From: an uncultured Bifidobacterium sp.
GTDB lineage: Bacteria > Actinomycetota > Actinomycetes > Actinomycetales > Bifidobacteriaceae
Direction: 5' to 3'
Assembly: GCF_949292005.1 (NCBI RefSeq)
Contig: NZ_CASEXV010000025.1
Span: 51,186 to 115,185 of the forward strand
Length of the DNA: 64,000 nt
The stretch's first letter is position 1. Every line of letters begins with the position of its first letter. Positions 60,691 to 64,000 of this stretch are shown piece after piece. The notes beneath the pieces are model-generated. The model searched no databases and had not been told where the DNA came from. It saw only the letters and a program-made list of their open reading frames with translations. The position numbers and the translations under genes are program-made.

Positions 60691-60871
60691 CCTAGGCTCC
60701 TTCCACAACCGTGGTCAACGGGGAATCGCACTACCGGCTCACCATACCAACGGCGGACTACATTGACGCGTGCGTCGTCAGCGGAAAGCGATGTTCCGGC
60801 TATGTATCCTTTCCGACTGATAAAATCGGCCACGGGCATGACGGTGGGCGAAGGATCGAAAGGAACGGGGA

Positions 60872-63706
60872 ATGAGCATGACATGGACGCCATCCATTCA
60901 GGATCGACCGGGGGAGTCTGATGCGCGATCCGGGAGCGATGACTGGGGTTCCAATGAGATCTGGCATTCCCTGGACGCGGAGCGCTCGCTGTCGGCATTG
61001 AGAACGACGGATAGGGGGCTGTCCGATGACGAGGCCGCCGGACGGCTGAAGGTCTTCGGCAGGAACCTCCTGCATGAGGCGAGTTCGATTCCCGGATGGC
61101 GCCGGTTCCTTGGACAGTTCTCCAGTCCTCTTATCCTTGTCCTCATCGTGTGCGGCGTCATCACCATCGCGCTGGACCATTACGTCGACGCCATCGCGAT
61201 TTTCATCGTTCTGCTCTTCAATGCCATTCTGGGCTTCTATCAGGAGGACAAGGCGGACAAGGCGGTGGAGGCGCTGTCCTCGCTGTCCACTCCCATGACG
61301 CGGGTTCTGCGTTCGGACTCGATGCGGTCCATATCCACCGAATCCGTAGTTCCCGGCGACATCGTGCTGTTGGAGAGCGGCGACCGTGTACCCGCCGACC
61401 TGCGCCTCATCGAGGTCAACAACCTTCGGATCAATGAATCCATGCTTACGGGAGAGAGCGACGACGCCAACAAGTCGACCTCCGCGTGCCCGCAGGACGC
61501 TCCTTTGGGGGACCGCACGTGCATCGCGTTCTCCGGCACCCTTGTCACAAGCGGACGGGGACGGGGCGTCGTCGTCGCCACCGGCTCGGACACCGAGCTG
61601 GGTGAGATCAACGATCTGGTCAACGACACCGACACCATTGCGCCGCTGGAAAGGATCATGCACCGTACCGAAAGGGGCATAGCCTTCGCGGTGATCGTTG
61701 TCGCGGCGTTCGTCTTCATCGCCGGAGCCGTGCTGAAGAACGATCCGGCTGGAGCCTTCCTGTCCGCGGTCGCCCTCGCGGTGGCGTCCATGCCCGAGGC
61801 GCTGCCCATCGTCCTCACGGTGGCCATGGCCCTGGCCGTGTCGAGGATGGCCAGCCATCACGCCATAGTCCGGACGCTGCCTGCCGTGGAGACGTTGGGG
61901 GCCACCACGGTCATCGGCTCCGACAAGACCGGCACCCTCACCCAGAACCGTTTGACGGTCGAATCCTGTGCTCTTGGCACGACGAGTCTGTCGTCGTACG
62001 AGGATGTGTCCGGAATTCTGCGAGGAGACGAATCCGCGTCGGATGCGTCCCAAGCGGTGACGGAGGCATGGAGGGGTCTGCTGCGTGCGGCGGCTTTGAC
62101 CAACGAGGCGGTCCGCTCCACGGGTGATGACGGCGCCCTGCGCTACGAAGGCGATGCGGTCGATGTAGCCATGGCCCGGGCCGCCGATCTGGCCGGAGCG
62201 GTGGGAGCCGGCGATTTGGACGCGGATATCGTGCATGAGACGCCGTACGAGCCGGAACTGCGCTATTCCATGACGATTCGTCGGGGGAGCGACGGCGTGC
62301 TGACCCAGTATGTCAAAGGCGCTCCCGACAGCATCATCGCCATGTGCACCAGCATGGTCGACGGCGACGGCGTTCGTGTGGATATCGACGTCGATGGACT
62401 GCACTCCATGAACATGCGTATGGGTGAGCAGGGGCTGAGGGTTATCGCGGTGGCGTCCCGGACACTCGCGTCCGAGGATGCGGTCGAGGCCGCGGTGCAG
62501 CCGTCGCAGCTGTGCTTCCTCGGTGTCGAGGGGATGCTCGATCCTCCTCGTCCGGGCGTGCGCGAGGCCATCGAGGACTGCCGAAAGGCCGGCATCGAGG
62601 TGAAAATGATCACCGGAGATCATCCCGTCACGGCAAAGGCCATAGGGGACAGACTCGGTCTTTCGCATACGGAAGAGGCGATCACCGGAGCCGAGATGCT
62701 TACCCTCGACGATGAGCAGCTGCGGTCCAGGCTGCGCAAGACGTCCATCGCGGCTCGCGTGTCCCCGCAGGACAAGCTGCGCATTGTGGAGGCTCTGCAG
62801 GATGAGGGCGAGACGGTGGCGGTCACCGGTGACGGGGTCAATGACGCTCCGGCGTTGAAGGCCGCCTCCGTGGGCATTTCCATGGGGGAGTCGGGGACCG
62901 ATGTGGCCCGGGAGGCCAGCGATGTGGTGCTGACCGACGACAATTTCGTCACGATCACCAAGGCCGTAGCCCAGGGACGCGTGACTTTCAAGGCCATCCG
63001 AGGATCGGCGTTCTTCCTTCTGTCCACTGCGGTGGCCGCGATGATCGCTGTTGGTGTGAACGTCGTCTCCGAAATGCCCTTGCTGTTCATGCCGCTGCAG
63101 ATGCTGTGGATCAACATCGTCACAAATGGCGTGCAGGACATAGCATTGGCCTTCGAGCCGGGACAGGGGGACGAGCTTGACCGGCCGCCTCGGGGACGGT
63201 CGGAGGGACTGCTGTCCTCGGCGCTTTGGGGTCGGACGGCCATATGTGGGTTGTGGATGGGAATGAGCATCCTTGTTCTCTTCCGCGTTCTGATCGACAG
63301 AGACTACGATGACACCACCGCGAGAACGATGGCGTTGACGTTGCTGGTGCTCTTCAACTTCTTCATGTCGATGTCCGCGCGGTCGGAGACCAGATCGGTG
63401 TTCGTCATGAATCCCCTGAAGAATCCGTTCCTTCTTACCGCCGCGGTTATGGCTCTCATTCTTCACGCGGTGGCCATGGTGGTTCCCGTGATGGCGTCCG
63501 CTCTGGGCATGACGGCATTGACGGGGGCCCAATGGGCGGTGTGCTGGGCTCTGGGCGCGACGGTGCTGATATTCAGCGAGGGCGACAAGGCCGTCAGAGC
63601 GTTCCTCGCCCGGCGTGGCCACGACAGCGCGCGTTCCGGAATGAAGGCGGTGGGACGGGTGGCGCACCGCAACATCGTGGCCATGCTCCGCGGGGATGCG
63701 CGCTGA
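60872..63706 (+). CDS. P-type II cation-transporting ATPase
   Basis: TGES, PEALP, DKTGTLT, KGAPD, DPPR, MITGD, TGDGVNDAPAL; 10-TM layout. Confidence 0.95.
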   Translation: MSMTWTPSIQDRPGESDARSGSDDWGSNEIWHSLDAERSLSALRTTDRGLSDDEAAGRLKVFGRNLLHEASSIPGWRRFLGQFSSPLILVLIVCGVITIALDHYVDAIAIFIVLLFNAILGFYQEDKADKAVEALSSLSTPMTRVLRSDSMRSISTESVVPGDIVLLESGDRVPADLRLIEVNNLRINESMLTGESDDANKSTSACPQDAPLGDRTCIAFSGTLVTSGRGRGVVVATGSDTELGEINDLVNDTDTIAPLERIMHRTERGIAFAVIVVAAFVFIAGAVLKNDPAGAFLSAVALAVASMPEALPIVLTVAMALAVSRMASHHAIVRTLPAVETLGATTVIGSDKTGTLTQNRLTVESCALGTTSLSSYEDVSGILRGDESASDASQAVTEAWRGLLRAAALTNEAVRSTGDDGALRYEGDAVDVAMARAADLAGAVGAGDLDADIVHETPYEPELRYSMTIRRGSDGVLTQYVKGAPDSIIAMCTSMVDGDGVRVDIDVDGLHSMNMRMGEQGLRVIAVASRTLASEDAVEAAVQPSQLCFLGVEGMLDPPRPGVREAIEDCRKAGIEVKMITGDHPVTAKAIGDRLGLSHTEEAITGAEMLTLDDEQLRSRLRKTSIAARVSPQDKLRIVEALQDEGETVAVTGDGVNDAPALKAASVGISMGESGTDVAREASDVVLTDDNFVTITKAVAQGRVTFKAIRGSAFFLLSTAVAAMIAVGVNVVSEMPLLFMPLQMLWINIVTNGVQDIALAFEPGQGDELDRPPRGRSEGLLSSALWGRTAICGLWMGMSILVLFRVLIDRDYDDTTARTMALTLLVLFNFFMSMSARSETRSVFVMNPLKNPFLLTAAVMALILHAVAMVVPVMASALGMTALTGAQWAVCWALGATVLIFSEGDKAVRAFLARRGHDSARSGMKAVGRVAHRNIVAMLRGDAR

Positions 63707-63800
63707 CCGCTGATCTCGCGCAGCGCCTGGTCCGCGCGTCTGACGAGCCACGTCAGCGAGGCGTGGAGCGGCATGGCGGATGGTAGGTAGTCGTGAGATA

Positions 63801-63842
63801 CGCGGAGCCCGCTTCACATTGCTGAGTGAAGCGGGCTCCGCG
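63801..63842. terminator. Strong hairpin between the convergent ATPase and purL
   Basis: CGCGGAGCCCGCTTCAC-attgctga-GTGAAGCGGGCTCCGCG, perfect 17-bp stem. Confidence 0.8.
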
Positions 63843-63874
63843 CGGACTTGAAAAGGTTGTCTTGTTTTGAACCG

Positions 63875-64000
63875 TCAGGCTGCGAAGTACCGCACTCCCG
63901 CCTCGAACAACGGCTGATGGATGTCGCCGGGGACGTTGCGGTATAGGTCCTTGCCGGTCCGTTCCGAATGTCCCATCTTGCCGAGCACGCGGCCGTCCGG
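63875..64000 (-). CDS. purL: FGAM synthase, C-terminal end (partial, runs off the right edge)
   Basis: PDGRVLGKMGHSERTGKDLYRNVPG...LFEAGVRYFAA*, containing the glutaminase H-S-E motif. Confidence 0.85.
   Translation of the reverse strand, partial: PDGRVLGKMGHSERTGKDLYRNVPGDIHQPLFEAGVRYFAA

Noticed and set aside
60800-63817. 1005-aa minus-strand ORF
   Set aside because: Antisense shadow of the P-type ATPase; Arg/His/Gly-rich with no domain signature.

Overview
High-GC actinobacterial chromosome segment. Gene content and order (proS-ssb-pepO-map-gltA-dapD-prfB-ftsEX-CHAP-smpB-glmS ... cbs-metB-recQ-luxS ... alr-dgt-dnaG ... purEK-fur ... purD-purM-purF ... purL) point to Bifidobacterium/Bifidobacteriaceae (inference). 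Most of it is core genome. I found no integrase, transposase, CRISPR array or rRNA, and one tRNA-Arg(UCU). Three parts stand out. (1) A CsoR/CstR-type regulator, a CoA-disulfide reductase-rhodanese gene (internally deleted and frameshifted) and a small Cys-rich protein form a cassette with its own palindromic operator. It sits in reverse orientation inside a dipeptide ABC operon, near coaX and the cbs/cystathionine-lyase/luxS sulfur genes. (2) A membrane esterase and an MprF/DUF2156 aminoacyl-lipid synthase lie divergent from an LtaS-family phosphoglycerol transferase, a candidate tRNA-dependent pathway for aminoacylating a surface glycopolymer. (3) Next to the tRNA-Arg are a small glycine-zipper/zinc-ribbon protein and a HATPase-wHTH gene that seems to lack its usual Schlafen/AlbA domain. 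Many housekeeping genes look leaderless. All calls come from reading motifs by eye; no database searches were run.
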